In this document: one piece after another, positions 27,891-37,604 of the stretch
Numbering within the stretch: the first letter of the stretch is position 1
Layout: every line of letters begins with the position of its first letter
NCBI GenBank assembly: GCA_016198685.1
Contig: JACQID010000008.1
Location: 1 to 64,000, forward strand
Length of the DNA stretch: 64,000 nt
Direction of reading: 5' to 3'
DNA from: Candidatus Aenigmatarchaeota archaeon
Lineage (GTDB): Archaea; Aenigmatarchaeota; Aenigmatarchaeia; GW2011-AR5
Translations under genes and position numbers: made by a program
Notes under the pieces: generated by a model
The model's input: only the letters and a program-made list of their open reading frames with translations
Database searches by the model: none
What the model was told of the DNA's origin: nothing

Positions 27891-28280
27891 ATGGATGAGA
27901 CGGACTTTAGCATTCTTGGAATGCTTGAAAAAAATTCAAGGGAAAGTTTTGTGACGATAGCAAAGAGCCTCGGGATCACCGAAGGAACTGTCAGGAACCG
28001 CGTAGCGGCACTGATACGGACTGGCAAAATCAAACGCTTTACAGTTGAATTCGAGGCGCCTTTTGAAGCGATAGTCATGATAAAGGCCTCGGGGAAGAAA
28101 GGAGGGCGTCTTGCGGCAAAAATAGAGGAATTTTGCGGCAATGCCTACGAAATATCGGGCGATTACGATGTTGCAGCGGTCGTGAAAGCCGTGTCCATGG
28201 ATGACCTGAACAAAAAGATAGACCGCATTCGAGGAACCAAGGGTGTCTCTGTGACTGTGACAGCAGTCAAGCTGCGATAG
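27891..28280 (+). CDS. Lrp/AsnC-family transcriptional regulator
   Basis: MDETDFSILGMLEKNSRESFVTIAKSLGITEGTVRNRV HTH; YEISGDYD RAM domain; AGGTGA RBS. Confidence 0.93.
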   Translation: MDETDFSILGMLEKNSRESFVTIAKSLGITEGTVRNRVAALIRTGKIKRFTVEFEAPFEAIVMIKASGKKGGRLAAKIEEFCGNAYEISGDYDVAAVVKAVSMDDLNKKIDRIRGTKGVSVTVTAVKLR

Positions 28281-28418
28281 GTGCAAGAAAAGGATTAATA
28301 CCCTAGGATTGAATTAGTTATAGCATCGGACAGTAATCATTGGATTGTTGATGCTATATGCGAAAGGCGTTAAAAAATATTCAAATTATACGGCCTTTCA
28401 CTGTATAACGGTGCGGAA

Positions 28419-29192
28419 ATGACAAGAGTTATAGCTATCTGTTCCGGCAAGGGGGGCGCCGGCAAGACAACTGTTACGGCAAACCTCGGCGCGAGGCTTG
28501 CACAGATGGGCAAGAACGTTGTCGTTCTTGATGCCAACCTTACTACTCCTAATCTGGGCATGCACTTCGGCATGCCGCTATATCCAGTGACGTTACATGA
28601 CGTGCTCAAAGGCAAGGCCTCGATAAATCAGGCCATGTATGAGCATGACAACGGTCTGAAAATAATTCCTGCGGGCATATCGGTCCGAGACCTTCGTGGC
28701 GTTGACGCTCGCGATTTGCCTAATGCGATGCTTGATCTTTTAGGCAATGCCGACATAGTTCTTGTTGATGTAGCTGCAGGCCTCGGACGAGAAGCCCTGT
28801 CGGCCATGGAAGCTTCAGATGAGCTTATACTCGTGGCAAACCCGGAAATGACCTCGGTCACTGATGCACTAAAGGCGGCCAAGCTTGCCGAGCAGGTCGG
28901 AACCAAGATCATGGGGGTTGTAGTTAACAAAGTTAAGGGCATGCGCCATGAAATGAAAACTGAAGATATACGCCTCATGCTTGACGGATTGGAAGTGCTT
29001 GCCGAGATACCGGATGACATTGAAGTGCAGAAGAGCATAGCAGCAAGAACGCCGGTTATATATTATTCTCCTAAATCGGAAGCCGCCTATAACCTTCGGC
29101 GGCTTGCGGCATGGGTCTCCGGGGAATCGTTTAGTGAAAATCTGCCGTTCAGCAGAAGACTCTGGAAAGTTTTCTTCCGCAGGGGCTTCTAA
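28419..29192 (+). CDS. minD: MinD-family ATPase
   Basis: Deviant Walker A GKGGAGKT, DANLTTPNL, DVAAGLG; amphipathic C-terminus. Confidence 0.92.
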   Translation: MTRVIAICSGKGGAGKTTVTANLGARLAQMGKNVVVLDANLTTPNLGMHFGMPLYPVTLHDVLKGKASINQAMYEHDNGLKIIPAGISVRDLRGVDARDLPNAMLDLLGNADIVLVDVAAGLGREALSAMEASDELILVANPEMTSVTDALKAAKLAEQVGTKIMGVVVNKVKGMRHEMKTEDIRLMLDGLEVLAEIPDDIEVQKSIAARTPVIYYSPKSEAAYNLRRLAAWVSGESFSENLPFSRRLWKVFFRRGF

Positions 29193-29197
29193 TCATA

Positions 29198-29326
29198 ATG
29201 GAATGCAATCATTGCGAAATCTGCAGAAGAGAGCACAGATGCAGGAAGGATTTTCACGTATGCATGGCCCATGATTACCTGAAAGATATGCGGCCTGTGA
29301 AATGGAAACCTGCTCAAAGGAAATGA
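29198..29326 (+). CDS. 42-aa Cys/His-rich peptide
   Basis: MECNHCEICRREHRCRKDFHVCMAHDYLKDMRPVKWKPAQRK; fits the gap between minD and pheT; not in the ORF track. Confidence 0.55.
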   Translation: MECNHCEICRREHRCRKDFHVCMAHDYLKDMRPVKWKPAQRK

Positions 29327-29330
29327 ACCG

Positions 29331-30962
29331 TTATTGTGCGAGGCTGTTTGCATCGATTTCAAACGCCACAACAGGTGTGTCTATGCCCCAGTTTTGGAGG
29401 ACCTGGGGGTCGACTTCTCCGACGATGCCTGCCGCTTTTTTATCAACAATGATATGCGCCTGCCTGCCTTCAATAAAGCTCTTGCTCTTCGACGGTTTCA
29501 ATTCATACTTTACGCCTAACATGCCAAGCAAAGCATCAACGACAGACGAGATATCTTCGTAGCCTATTGAAGTATCTGCTATAGCTGCAGCAAGCTTGGC
29601 CGCACTTTTTGGGTCAGTATCAAGGACAGCACATTCGCCAAATTCAAAGATCCTGTGAGGATACTCTACATGCAAGTTCTTGCCGAGCATATTCAACAGT
29701 GAGGGCAGAACACCGTTTCTTACGGCAGAATAAGTTTCGCTCATGAAATTCTCTATTTCTATGATTTTTTCGGTAGAACGCATTTTGTCCTCAAGCGCAG
29801 CTTTGTTTGAAAGTATCGGGGACATTATTTCCTGGAATCCCATGCCTATCATCGATCTCCTTGCCCTTTCCGAGAGGGACGTATACGCCGAGAAGCCGCC
29901 TGGAGTAAAGCTCTTCACCTCGGCAGGCCGTATATTGCCGTAGCCGTAGGCTATAGCTATGTCTTCCATGATGTCGAACGGATGCATGACATCTCTTCTG
30001 TAATAAGGTATTGTGACAAGTATGTTCTTTCCTCTCCTGACTGCATCATACTGCATCGACTTGAGCAAAGAAATCATATCTTCGGCATTCAGGGACAGAC
30101 CAAGCCTTTCCTCGGCAAGGCTTTGCGGAATTGACATCTTGTCATCAAAAACGAGAGGAGTCGTCACTTTCCTGCCAAGAGGCGTTGCGTAAGGGTACTG
30201 AATTTCTATGCTCTCTATGGATGCACCCCGATCCTGCAGTGCCAAAGCTATTACGTTTACAGCAAGAATGGTGGGCTTGATATCGCTTCCGGTGGCTTCT
30301 ATGAAAATGTCCGATGTGCCTTCCCTTACGCGGCCAAGATGATTGCTGTTTATCACCGGCGGGAATGAAAGTACTTGATTTCGAGAGTCCGTAAATATCG
30401 GGTAAAGTTTGTGCTTCCTGACTATATGACCGTACTGCCAGCCTTTAGGATGTTTTTCAAGTATTTCATCCAGATTCATTTCTTCCTCGAATTCAAGAGG
30501 CGCAAACTTTATGCCAGATGGCTCTATTGCCTTGTAACGTAGTGGGAACTTGGCATCAGCATAATTGTATATGCCTATCGAAATCTTTTCTCGCTTCCGC
30601 CCGAAATTCTCGGCTATTTTTTCCTGTAATTGTATCAGGTCCAAAAGCAGCTCTTCGGTAATCTCGGCTTTCCTGGCAATAAAACCTGCTATATATGGTC
30701 TTATCGTTTCAACGGTTTTGTCGACTATGATTTTCTTGTCGCTTTTCTTCAGCTTGAGTTTCGGCATGCCTCTTTCGCGGTAAACACGTGCTACGCCTTC
30801 AACGCTCCAGAGATCTGGCCTGTTGGTATCTCCTATCTCAAGCTTTATGGCGCCCTCATTCTCTTCTTCTATCTCGCCTTTGACACGGTCTAGCATATCT
30901 TCGGTTATCTTCCTTCCTGCAAGTTTTTCCAGTATCTTGCGTGAAACTTCTATTGTTGGCAT
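29331..30962 (-). CDS. pheT: Phenylalanyl-tRNA synthetase beta subunit
   Basis: DTNRPDLWSVEG, LSFPPVINS, RRDVMHPFDIMEDIAIAYGY. Confidence 0.97.
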   Translation of the reverse strand: MPTIEVSRKILEKLAGRKITEDMLDRVKGEIEEENEGAIKLEIGDTNRPDLWSVEGVARVYRERGMPKLKLKKSDKKIIVDKTVETIRPYIAGFIARKAEITEELLLDLIQLQEKIAENFGRKREKISIGIYNYADAKFPLRYKAIEPSGIKFAPLEFEEEMNLDEILEKHPKGWQYGHIVRKHKLYPIFTDSRNQVLSFPPVINSNHLGRVREGTSDIFIEATGSDIKPTILAVNVIALALQDRGASIESIEIQYPYATPLGRKVTTPLVFDDKMSIPQSLAEERLGLSLNAEDMISLLKSMQYDAVRRGKNILVTIPYYRRDVMHPFDIMEDIAIAYGYGNIRPAEVKSFTPGGFSAYTSLSERARRSMIGMGFQEIMSPILSNKAALEDKMRSTEKIIEIENFMSETYSAVRNGVLPSLLNMLGKNLHVEYPHRIFEFGECAVLDTDPKSAAKLAAAIADTSIGYEDISSVVDALLGMLGVKYELKPSKSKSFIEGRQAHIIVDKKAAGIVGEVDPQVLQNWGIDTPVVAFEIDANSLAQ

Positions 30963-32215
30963 CAGTAAGTCACCTTCATGCTCCTCAGATAGTTCAAGTC
31001 CGTGCTGAACAGGTCACGAATATCTTTTATTCCCATGTTGAACATGCCTATCCTGTCTATCCCGAGCCCCCATGCTACGACAGGAACATTGATGCCCAAA
31101 GGCTCCAGCATCTCTTGCCGGAACATGCCTGCGCCTCCAAGTTCAATCCATCCCATGTCTGGATGCTTCGCGTACAGCGAGGCCGACGGTTCTGTAAACG
31201 GGAAATAGCTAGGCGTTACCTTGATGTCTTCGGCGTTTGCAAATTCCTTGCCGAACATCTTGAGCATACCTATCAGATGGCGAAGGTTCAGCCCTTCATC
31301 AAGTATTATCCCCTCAACCTGGAAGAAATCAACAAGGTGCGTAGCGTCTATCACGTCATGACGGAAGCATCTTGCGACCGAAAAGTACTTGCCAGGAATC
31401 CTTGGCTTTGATGCCAGTGTCTTTGCAGAGAGGACTGTTCCCTGCGTTCTTAGTATATGACGATGAGCTCTCTGGACATCATACTGGTATTCCCAGCCTC
31501 TTGATTGTGTCGTGCCCCTCTCATGTGCATTCTTAACAGATTCCAGTATTGCCGGATCAAGGCTCTTAGCGTACTTCGGCTCCTTGACAAAATATGCGTC
31601 ATGAATGTCACGGGCCGAATGGTGCTGTGGCATGAAGAGCGCATCCATATTCCAGAACTCGGTCTCGACGATTGGGCCGCGCATTTCCTCAAACCCGAGG
31701 AACGCGAGCTTCTGCTTGACGTGGTCAAGGAACGCGGCATAGTGATGCTTTTTTCCGGGGTATATTTTTTTCCCTGCAACGGCAACGTTGTATTTCTTCA
31801 GCTTGGCCTCGCGCCAAAGCCCGGTCTTTATGAGTTCTGGCGGTATATTTGCTATTTCCCGGCCTAAATATTGCTGTGCCTTCTTTACTATGTCCTCCCG
31901 CTCTTTTTCAGCAAGGTTTCTCGAAAGAAGTATCTGAAGATGGAAATCATCTGCTTTCCCCATCTTCGCCACGCTTTCCAGTGCATTTTGAAGCTCAAAA
32001 CCATCAGGTTTCTTGGCAAGCGATATCTTGCCGCCTGCCATTTCAACCCAGCCGTTTCTCTTTGCCCACTGTATTGCAATTGGAAAGTCTTCCATTTTTT
32101 GGGCTTCGTTCATTGTCAGTGGCCCCTTGCGCAAGATATCAGCCAGCCGTTTCTCGGGCAGCCCCTGCTCAAGATATTTCTTTCCTTCATCAGTCAGCTT
32201 GTACATTGTTATCAC
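30962..32215 (-). CDS. pheS: Phenylalanyl-tRNA synthetase alpha subunit
   Basis: WNMDALFMPQHHSARDIHD, LRTQGT, FFQVEG, YFPFTEPS, AWGLGIDR. Confidence 0.97.
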   Translation of the reverse strand: MITMYKLTDEGKKYLEQGLPEKRLADILRKGPLTMNEAQKMEDFPIAIQWAKRNGWVEMAGGKISLAKKPDGFELQNALESVAKMGKADDFHLQILLSRNLAEKEREDIVKKAQQYLGREIANIPPELIKTGLWREAKLKKYNVAVAGKKIYPGKKHHYAAFLDHVKQKLAFLGFEEMRGPIVETEFWNMDALFMPQHHSARDIHDAYFVKEPKYAKSLDPAILESVKNAHERGTTQSRGWEYQYDVQRAHRHILRTQGTVLSAKTLASKPRIPGKYFSVARCFRHDVIDATHLVDFFQVEGIILDEGLNLRHLIGMLKMFGKEFANAEDIKVTPSYFPFTEPSASLYAKHPDMGWIELGGAGMFRQEMLEPLGINVPVVAWGLGIDRIGMFNMGIKDIRDLFSTDLNYLRSMKVTY

Positions 32216-32262
32216 TTGAACGCCGGTGGATTTAAGATTTAGGAGGACCCAATTTTTTGAAT

Positions 32263-32535
32263 TCAGGGTATGTCCCTATGCTTTGATATTTGTCCTTGGA
32301 CATAAATTCTCAAGCCATTCTGCCCCGAAATAGGATACGTCCTGCTGAGTTGCGGATTCATTCCTTCTGCAACGTGGTGTGTATAGTCGTTCGCGGCATA
32401 TGTAATCCAATTGGCTACTGAAGGGTTACCTTCTATCGATGCTGATAGGGATAATCTTTCCCCCGCCCACGCTCTACCTCCTATTCTAATCCATGGTTCC
32501 ACATTGCTTATTTTCATTTTCCATCCAACCTCCAT
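32263..32535 (-). CDS. Hypothetical protein (84-90 aa)
   Basis: GGAGG precedes MKISNV; no motif. Confidence 0.5.
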   Translation of the reverse strand: MEVGWKMKISNVEPWIRIGGRAWAGERLSLSASIEGNPSVANWITYAANDYTHHVAEGMNPQLSRTYPISGQNGLRIYVQGQISKHRDIP

Positions 32536-32758
32536 TTTTATTTCATAGCTTTTGCTATCATAATATCGAGGCCCGCATATTCGCGAGCCTAGTTAAATCT
32601 AAAGAAGAATCCTTCGAGTGACGGGTTCAATTTTATGTAAATAAGGCTAGAAGAGATTGCCTTTCCGGTTATTGTATAAATTGGGACATACCAATCCTGC
32701 TTTTTCCTATGAATGCCAGAATATTTAAACATTTCTGGTTAAGCTGGAATGGAAAAAT

Positions 32759-33133
32759 ATGGGGCGGCATTATAATTCAGGATTTGTTCATGGAACCCGT
32801 GTAGATGAAATTCGGGGCAAAATTACAGCAGCCGGTGAATACCCGGATTTTGTCAGGATGCACGGCGATAGGGGATTGCTTATCGGATACAATAAATCGG
32901 ATCTCCTGGTGAAAGTGGAGTACCCCGTAAAAACTGGTATCGAAGATAGGCTTACGTATTTTAATGAGAAAGTTGCAGCGGGAATTCTTAGCGATTGGGG
33001 CTTGAAAGAATATCCGGAATTAGAAAACTGTTTGGTAACGGTTTTATTGCAATATCAAAGGTTAATCGGAATACAAAAGGAAGCGCCTTATCAAGGCAGT
33101 GTCCCGATTCGGCCTAAAGGTCTCCTGAGATAA
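32759..33133 (+). CDS. Hypothetical protein (124 aa)
   Basis: TTTAAAC box upstream; no motif. Confidence 0.6.
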   Translation: MGRHYNSGFVHGTRVDEIRGKITAAGEYPDFVRMHGDRGLLIGYNKSDLLVKVEYPVKTGIEDRLTYFNEKVAAGILSDWGLKEYPELENCLVTVLLQYQRLIGIQKEAPYQGSVPIRPKGLLR

Positions 33134-33179
33134 ATCGTTTCAGAGGCGCATTTAAGAATAGCACCATAATAATTCTCTT

Positions 33180-34676
33180 ATGCCTGAGAAAGAAAAACTT
33201 TTGGATAAGATCGAGGAAATTGCAAAGAATCGCGGGTTCTTCTGGCCTTCGCAGGAGATATACGGAGGCGTTTCCGGGTTTTACGAATACGGCCCTCTGG
33301 GAGCGCTTCTCAAAAAGCACATACAGGACATGATTCTTGATCATTACGTAATGCAGGAAGGATGCCTTGTCGTGGAGGCGCCGGTCCTGACTTCGATAAG
33401 CCCCTGGATAGCATCGGGTCACGTTGAAAGCTTTGCGGACCGCATGACAGAATGCGAAAAGTGTGGCGAGCCTTATAGGGCCGACCATATCATAGAAGAG
33501 AAAACAGGAAAGGGCGCAGAAGGAAAAAGCCTGGCCGAAATGGACACAATGCTAAAGGAGAACAACATACGATGCCCCAAGTGCAAAGGAGTACTCGGCA
33601 AGGTTTACGATTATAACATGATGTTCCGAACATTCATAGGTCCCGGAAAGAACAAGATAGAGGGCGCATTGCGTCCGGAAACCGCGCAGACGACATACAT
33701 GCCTTTCCGAAGGCTCTATGAAATCGCGCGCCGCAAGATGCCGTTTGGAGTCATTCAGATAGGCAAGAGTTTCAGAAATGAAATCTCGCCAAGAAAGGCA
33801 ATAATCCGCCAGCGCGAGTTCACGCAAGCGGAAATACAGTTCTTTACCCCGCCGGCACTCGATGAATGGAAAAATTTTGATAAAATAGCAGGCATGGAAG
33901 CAGAAGCGCTGGTGAAGGGTTCAGAAAAAACTGTGAAAATGAAATTTTCTGATTTCGTTTCAAAGAAACACGTCAAGCAGACAATATCATATTTCCTCGC
34001 AAGATCGCTTGAGCTTTTTAAGAATATGGGCATGGACGAAAAAAAGCTTCGCCTGCGCCAGCACAGGGACGATGAAAGGAGCTTTTACTCTTCTGACACG
34101 TGGGACGTCGAGTTCCTTTCCGAAAAATATGGCATAGTCGAGCTTGTGGGAGTCGCCGACCGCACAGACTATGACCTCAAGCGTCATCAGGAACAGAGCA
34201 AGCAGAGCATGGAAGTCACCTTTGACGGAAAGAAGTTTATCCCGAACGTTATAGAAGTAGCTTATGGCATAGACAGGCCCGTAATATGCATAATGGAGTC
34301 TGTAATGAAGGAAGAGAAGGAGCGCCTGTTCTTTTCGTTCCCGGCCGCCATATCGCCGTATCAAGTCGCAGTCTTTCCTCTTGTCCGCAAGGATAATCTG
34401 CCCGTAAAGGCAAGATATATATTTGATTTGTTGAGAAAGCGATACTATACCGCTTACGACGAAACCGGCTCCATCGGCAGGATGTATTATCGTCAGGACG
34501 AGGCAGGAACGCCATTGTGCATAACGGTTGATTATGATACATTAGAGGATGGCACGGTTACGATTCGTGAAAGAGACACGCAGAAACAGATCAGGGTGCA
34601 TGAAGACGCTCTGATCGATTCCATACAGAGAATTTTTGACGGCGAAAGCGTGGAAAATGTCGGAAAAAATCTTTAG
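33180..34676 (+). CDS. glyS: Glycyl-tRNA synthetase, alpha2 type
   Basis: LRPETAQ, GKSFRNEISPR, REFTQAEI, EVAYGIDR, IGRMYYRQDEAGTP. Confidence 0.98.
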   Translation: MPEKEKLLDKIEEIAKNRGFFWPSQEIYGGVSGFYEYGPLGALLKKHIQDMILDHYVMQEGCLVVEAPVLTSISPWIASGHVESFADRMTECEKCGEPYRADHIIEEKTGKGAEGKSLAEMDTMLKENNIRCPKCKGVLGKVYDYNMMFRTFIGPGKNKIEGALRPETAQTTYMPFRRLYEIARRKMPFGVIQIGKSFRNEISPRKAIIRQREFTQAEIQFFTPPALDEWKNFDKIAGMEAEALVKGSEKTVKMKFSDFVSKKHVKQTISYFLARSLELFKNMGMDEKKLRLRQHRDDERSFYSSDTWDVEFLSEKYGIVELVGVADRTDYDLKRHQEQSKQSMEVTFDGKKFIPNVIEVAYGIDRPVICIMESVMKEEKERLFFSFPAAISPYQVAVFPLVRKDNLPVKARYIFDLLRKRYYTAYDETGSIGRMYYRQDEAGTPLCITVDYDTLEDGTVTIRERDTQKQIRVHEDALIDSIQRIFDGESVENVGKNL

Positions 34677-34707
34677 CTCTTTATATATCACATAACTAAA
34701 TTGTCAA

Positions 34708-35037
34708 ATGCCTTATAGCATGCGAAGAGCACTGGAGGATGTGGGCTTTGTTGTTCGTCTGGCATTGCCTAGTAATGAGGAGAATGGGTACAGAGAAGCG
34801 TTATCATTTTTACGCTTAAGACCTTTAGGAAATAGGGCTCCTCTTGAGGAAGTCGTAGTGCAATATACATTGCCGGACGGCACCTGTGAACTAATATATA
34901 ATTTTGGCCGAGAGTTTTTGATAGGAAGCTCTTTTCTCCTAAAATATAGTCCAGAAGGCGAATTGTTAAGCAATGATGGGCGTTTGCTATATGCTCATGG
35001 CTGCATATTCAGACCCTCAGAAGAGACGCTTGATTGA
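34708..35037 (+). CDS. Hypothetical protein (109 aa)
   Basis: Fills the gap after glyS; no motif. Confidence 0.5.
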   Translation: MPYSMRRALEDVGFVVRLALPSNEENGYREALSFLRLRPLGNRAPLEEVVVQYTLPDGTCELIYNFGREFLIGSSFLLKYSPEGELLSNDGRLLYAHGCIFRPSEETLD

Positions 35038-35053
35038 GTTTTAAACGCCTATC

Positions 35054-36175
35054 TTAAATCTGCTTTCTTGATTCAGCGGCTCTTTTGCCCTTGGCTCTAT
35101 CCTTGCCGTATTTCTTGAGAATTTCTTTTTCCAGCGTATCCGTAAGATCCTGAGCAACTTCGGTTATATCCCATCCCCATTTGTGGGCGACGAACAGTCC
35201 TTTTGGAGTCGGCAGGCGCGCCCGCATTGAGTATTTCTTCTTGCCCTCGTCATGATGCGTTTCGACGTAGATGTTCATGGTTCCGGCAGCAGGCTCGATC
35301 TTCATGATGGTCGCCGAAGACTTGAGAAATATCCTGTTGATTTTGGCCTCGGTTATCGGATCCTCGCGCAGGTGCGTGACCTGCACAGGCACGCCCTCTT
35401 CCGGAGTGAAAAGCGTTTCCAGTATGTCTTTCGGGGTCACCGTATAGACGGTTCCCGTTTCATACGCGGCTATATGCTCGTTTTTCTGGAGCAATGCCGC
35501 GACCTTTGAGATTTTTTCGCGCTTGCCGATTATGACGGGCGGCTTCATTACGGTGCCCGCGGATATGGAGTACATGGGCACCTTGTCCTTCTCGCCCGAT
35601 TCCCTGCCGCGCGCACTGAATTTCTGTTTCCCTTTAAGATAAACGTCTATGAGATCCATCGTGTCTATCATGCCGACAACTTTTCCTTTCTCGACGACCG
35701 GAACGCGGGAAACGTTGTTGTAGCGCATGATATGTTCGGCTTTCCCGAGATCATCAGTAGGTTCCACATAATCGCATCTTGACAGCAAAGATTCGACCGG
35801 GCCATCCTTGAGTTTCACATTGAGAAGATCCGTTTCCGAAATTATTCCTATTACAGTATTGTCATTTACTACAGGCAAGGCTCTGGAGCCGCTTTTAATC
35901 AACACAGAAACTGCATCATCAACATCGGTGTCTGGAGAAATTGTGGCAGTACTTATCATGACGGTCTTGGCTTTTGCCGAAGTAGGGTCAAGCTCCCTTG
36001 TTATTATAGTGCGCAATTCCACTATGCCGGCAAGAATGCCTTTGTCTATAACAGGCATTTGGTGTATGCCATTCTGCTTCATCTTGCCCATCACTTGAGA
36101 GAGGGGCGTATCAATGCTACAAGAAATCACTTTTGTCGCCATGAGGTCGGAAACTTTCATATTCATCACGACCAT
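35054..36175 (-). CDS. Four-CBS-domain protein with a C-terminal HPF/RaiA-like domain (HibA-like candidate)
   Basis: Two CBS pairs (HQMPV, RALPVV, SRVPVV), then a beta-alpha-beta-beta-beta-alpha-like segment (KKKYSMRARL...GWDITEVAQDLTDTLEKEI). Confidence 0.8.
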   Translation of the reverse strand: MVVMNMKVSDLMATKVISCSIDTPLSQVMGKMKQNGIHQMPVIDKGILAGIVELRTIITRELDPTSAKAKTVMISTATISPDTDVDDAVSVLIKSGSRALPVVNDNTVIGIISETDLLNVKLKDGPVESLLSRCDYVEPTDDLGKAEHIMRYNNVSRVPVVEKGKVVGMIDTMDLIDVYLKGKQKFSARGRESGEKDKVPMYSISAGTVMKPPVIIGKREKISKVAALLQKNEHIAAYETGTVYTVTPKDILETLFTPEEGVPVQVTHLREDPITEAKINRIFLKSSATIMKIEPAAGTMNIYVETHHDEGKKKYSMRARLPTPKGLFVAHKWGWDITEVAQDLTDTLEKEILKKYGKDRAKGKRAAESRKQI

Positions 36176-36204
36176 TATATGGGGTTGAGAATTAATATAT
36201 CCAT

Positions 36205-36816
36205 TTATGGCTTGTGCCTTAGCACCTGATAGTAGGTGCAGTCGCCTTCATTGTCAACAACTGCCCATAGCATCCTTGCACGAATATTATGGGCAAGACG
36301 CACTGCGCGGGAAAGCTCCTGAAAAGAACAGTTATAATCCTCAGAAATGGCAAATACTATCCACTTGGTATGCTCCTTGGCACTTTTCGGGCCTTTCTTT
36401 AATTGTACGCCTCTTTCATAAACGCGGAAATCGCATCCGAACTTGAAACCTGTTCTTACCAGAAGACCACGTTCACGCAGATCCTCATACACCCTGTATC
36501 TTTCAGGCATCCTGGTATCCAGTGCAGATGCGTGCTTGTAAAGATCGTCAAAATTCATGGGAGCGCCTTTGTTTGCAAGGCGTATCCTTCCTCTTTTGAG
36601 CAGAAGCAGTGCTTCTATAAGCGCGATTTCAAGACGGTTTTCCATGGGCTTGCCATAATAACCCGGCTCATAAAGGGGTTCCCAGCCTTTCCAGACAATG
36701 ATTTTATCATCATGGAGTTCTGCAGGCACTGGCTCTTTGAGCGGAGCTTCTACTATGCCGGGCGATGGAAGTTCCTCAGGCTCCGTCTCAACTTCCTGTT
36801 GTTTTTTCTTGCTCAT
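36205..36816 (-). CDS. endA: tRNA splicing endonuclease, single-unit type
   Basis: IALIEALLL, RTGFKFGCDFRVYERG, RLAHNIR, VDNEGDCTYY. Confidence 0.95.
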   Translation of the reverse strand: MSKKKQQEVETEPEELPSPGIVEAPLKEPVPAELHDDKIIVWKGWEPLYEPGYYGKPMENRLEIALIEALLLLKRGRIRLANKGAPMNFDDLYKHASALDTRMPERYRVYEDLRERGLLVRTGFKFGCDFRVYERGVQLKKGPKSAKEHTKWIVFAISEDYNCSFQELSRAVRLAHNIRARMLWAVVDNEGDCTYYQVLRHKP

Positions 36817-36853
36817 TCTATCACGAAACTATCAACTGGAAAGCTTTATAATC

Positions 36854-37558
36854 CTAATAATTAGTGGCGCCTGTAGCGCAATTGATCGTGTAATTGCTTG
36901 AGCCGCAGGTAATGGAGTTGTCAATTATGCCCCAGCCTACAGTTCTGCCAGTGATAACATCAAGTGCCGTGCAGCATGATAATCTTGCAGCGCTCTTGGC
37001 AAGCGTGTCATACGCTTCTTTTCTCTCTTTGAATTCATTTGTGACGGAATCCACTGTAGCGCTAAGTCCTTCCTTGTCTGCGTTGCAGGAACTCAGGAGC
37101 GTTCCGAGTTCGTCAGATTGCGTTTTGAAGGCGTCTTTTTCTGCTGTACAGGAAGCAAACTCTTTGCTTCTGGAATTCAAATTAGTGCTGCATGTTTCAA
37201 AGCTGCTTTTTGTACTTCCAAGGTCGGTTTTGCATGCGTCATAGGAAGCAACGGTATTTTGGAGCGTTGCATTAGTCTCGCTAAGGCGCGCTTCCAAGCT
37301 ATTGGCGCGCGTCACGTATCCCGTTATGCTTTGATTCAGGCTATAAAATAAGATTATCATGACAAGCGAAACGACCGCTATAGAAATTGTCTTCCCGTTG
37401 TGCCTCCAGAATTCGCGTATTGCAGATTTGGTCTCAGGGCTGAAGCGATAATTCTTAGGACGCGCCGCGGAGAATTTGAACTGCGGGATGTTTATGTTTA
37501 CGGGATTGCTTTTTGGCGTATCCGGATTTCCCTGCACATCGCGGCCATCTGGATCCAT
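36854..37558 (-). CDS. Membrane-anchored coiled-coil protein with Cys-rich C-terminus
   Basis: One TM helix; periodic Cys in the coiled coil; C-terminal CC...C...C. Confidence 0.8.
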   Translation of the reverse strand: MDPDGRDVQGNPDTPKSNPVNINIPQFKFSAARPKNYRFSPETKSAIREFWRHNGKTISIAVVSLVMIILFYSLNQSITGYVTRANSLEARLSETNATLQNTVASYDACKTDLGSTKSSFETCSTNLNSRSKEFASCTAEKDAFKTQSDELGTLLSSCNADKEGLSATVDSVTNEFKERKEAYDTLAKSAARLSCCTALDVITGRTVGWGIIDNSITCGSSNYTINCATGATNY

Positions 37559-37604
37559 GTGCTATATTTGTGCATCCTTATTATAAAAGGTTGTGCCGTA
37601 AAAA

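Noticed and set aside
27573-28141. Track-extended versions of the kinase (to 28141) and the Lrp gene (from 27573)
   Set aside because: Each extension is antisense to the other gene; family motifs begin at 27811 and 27891
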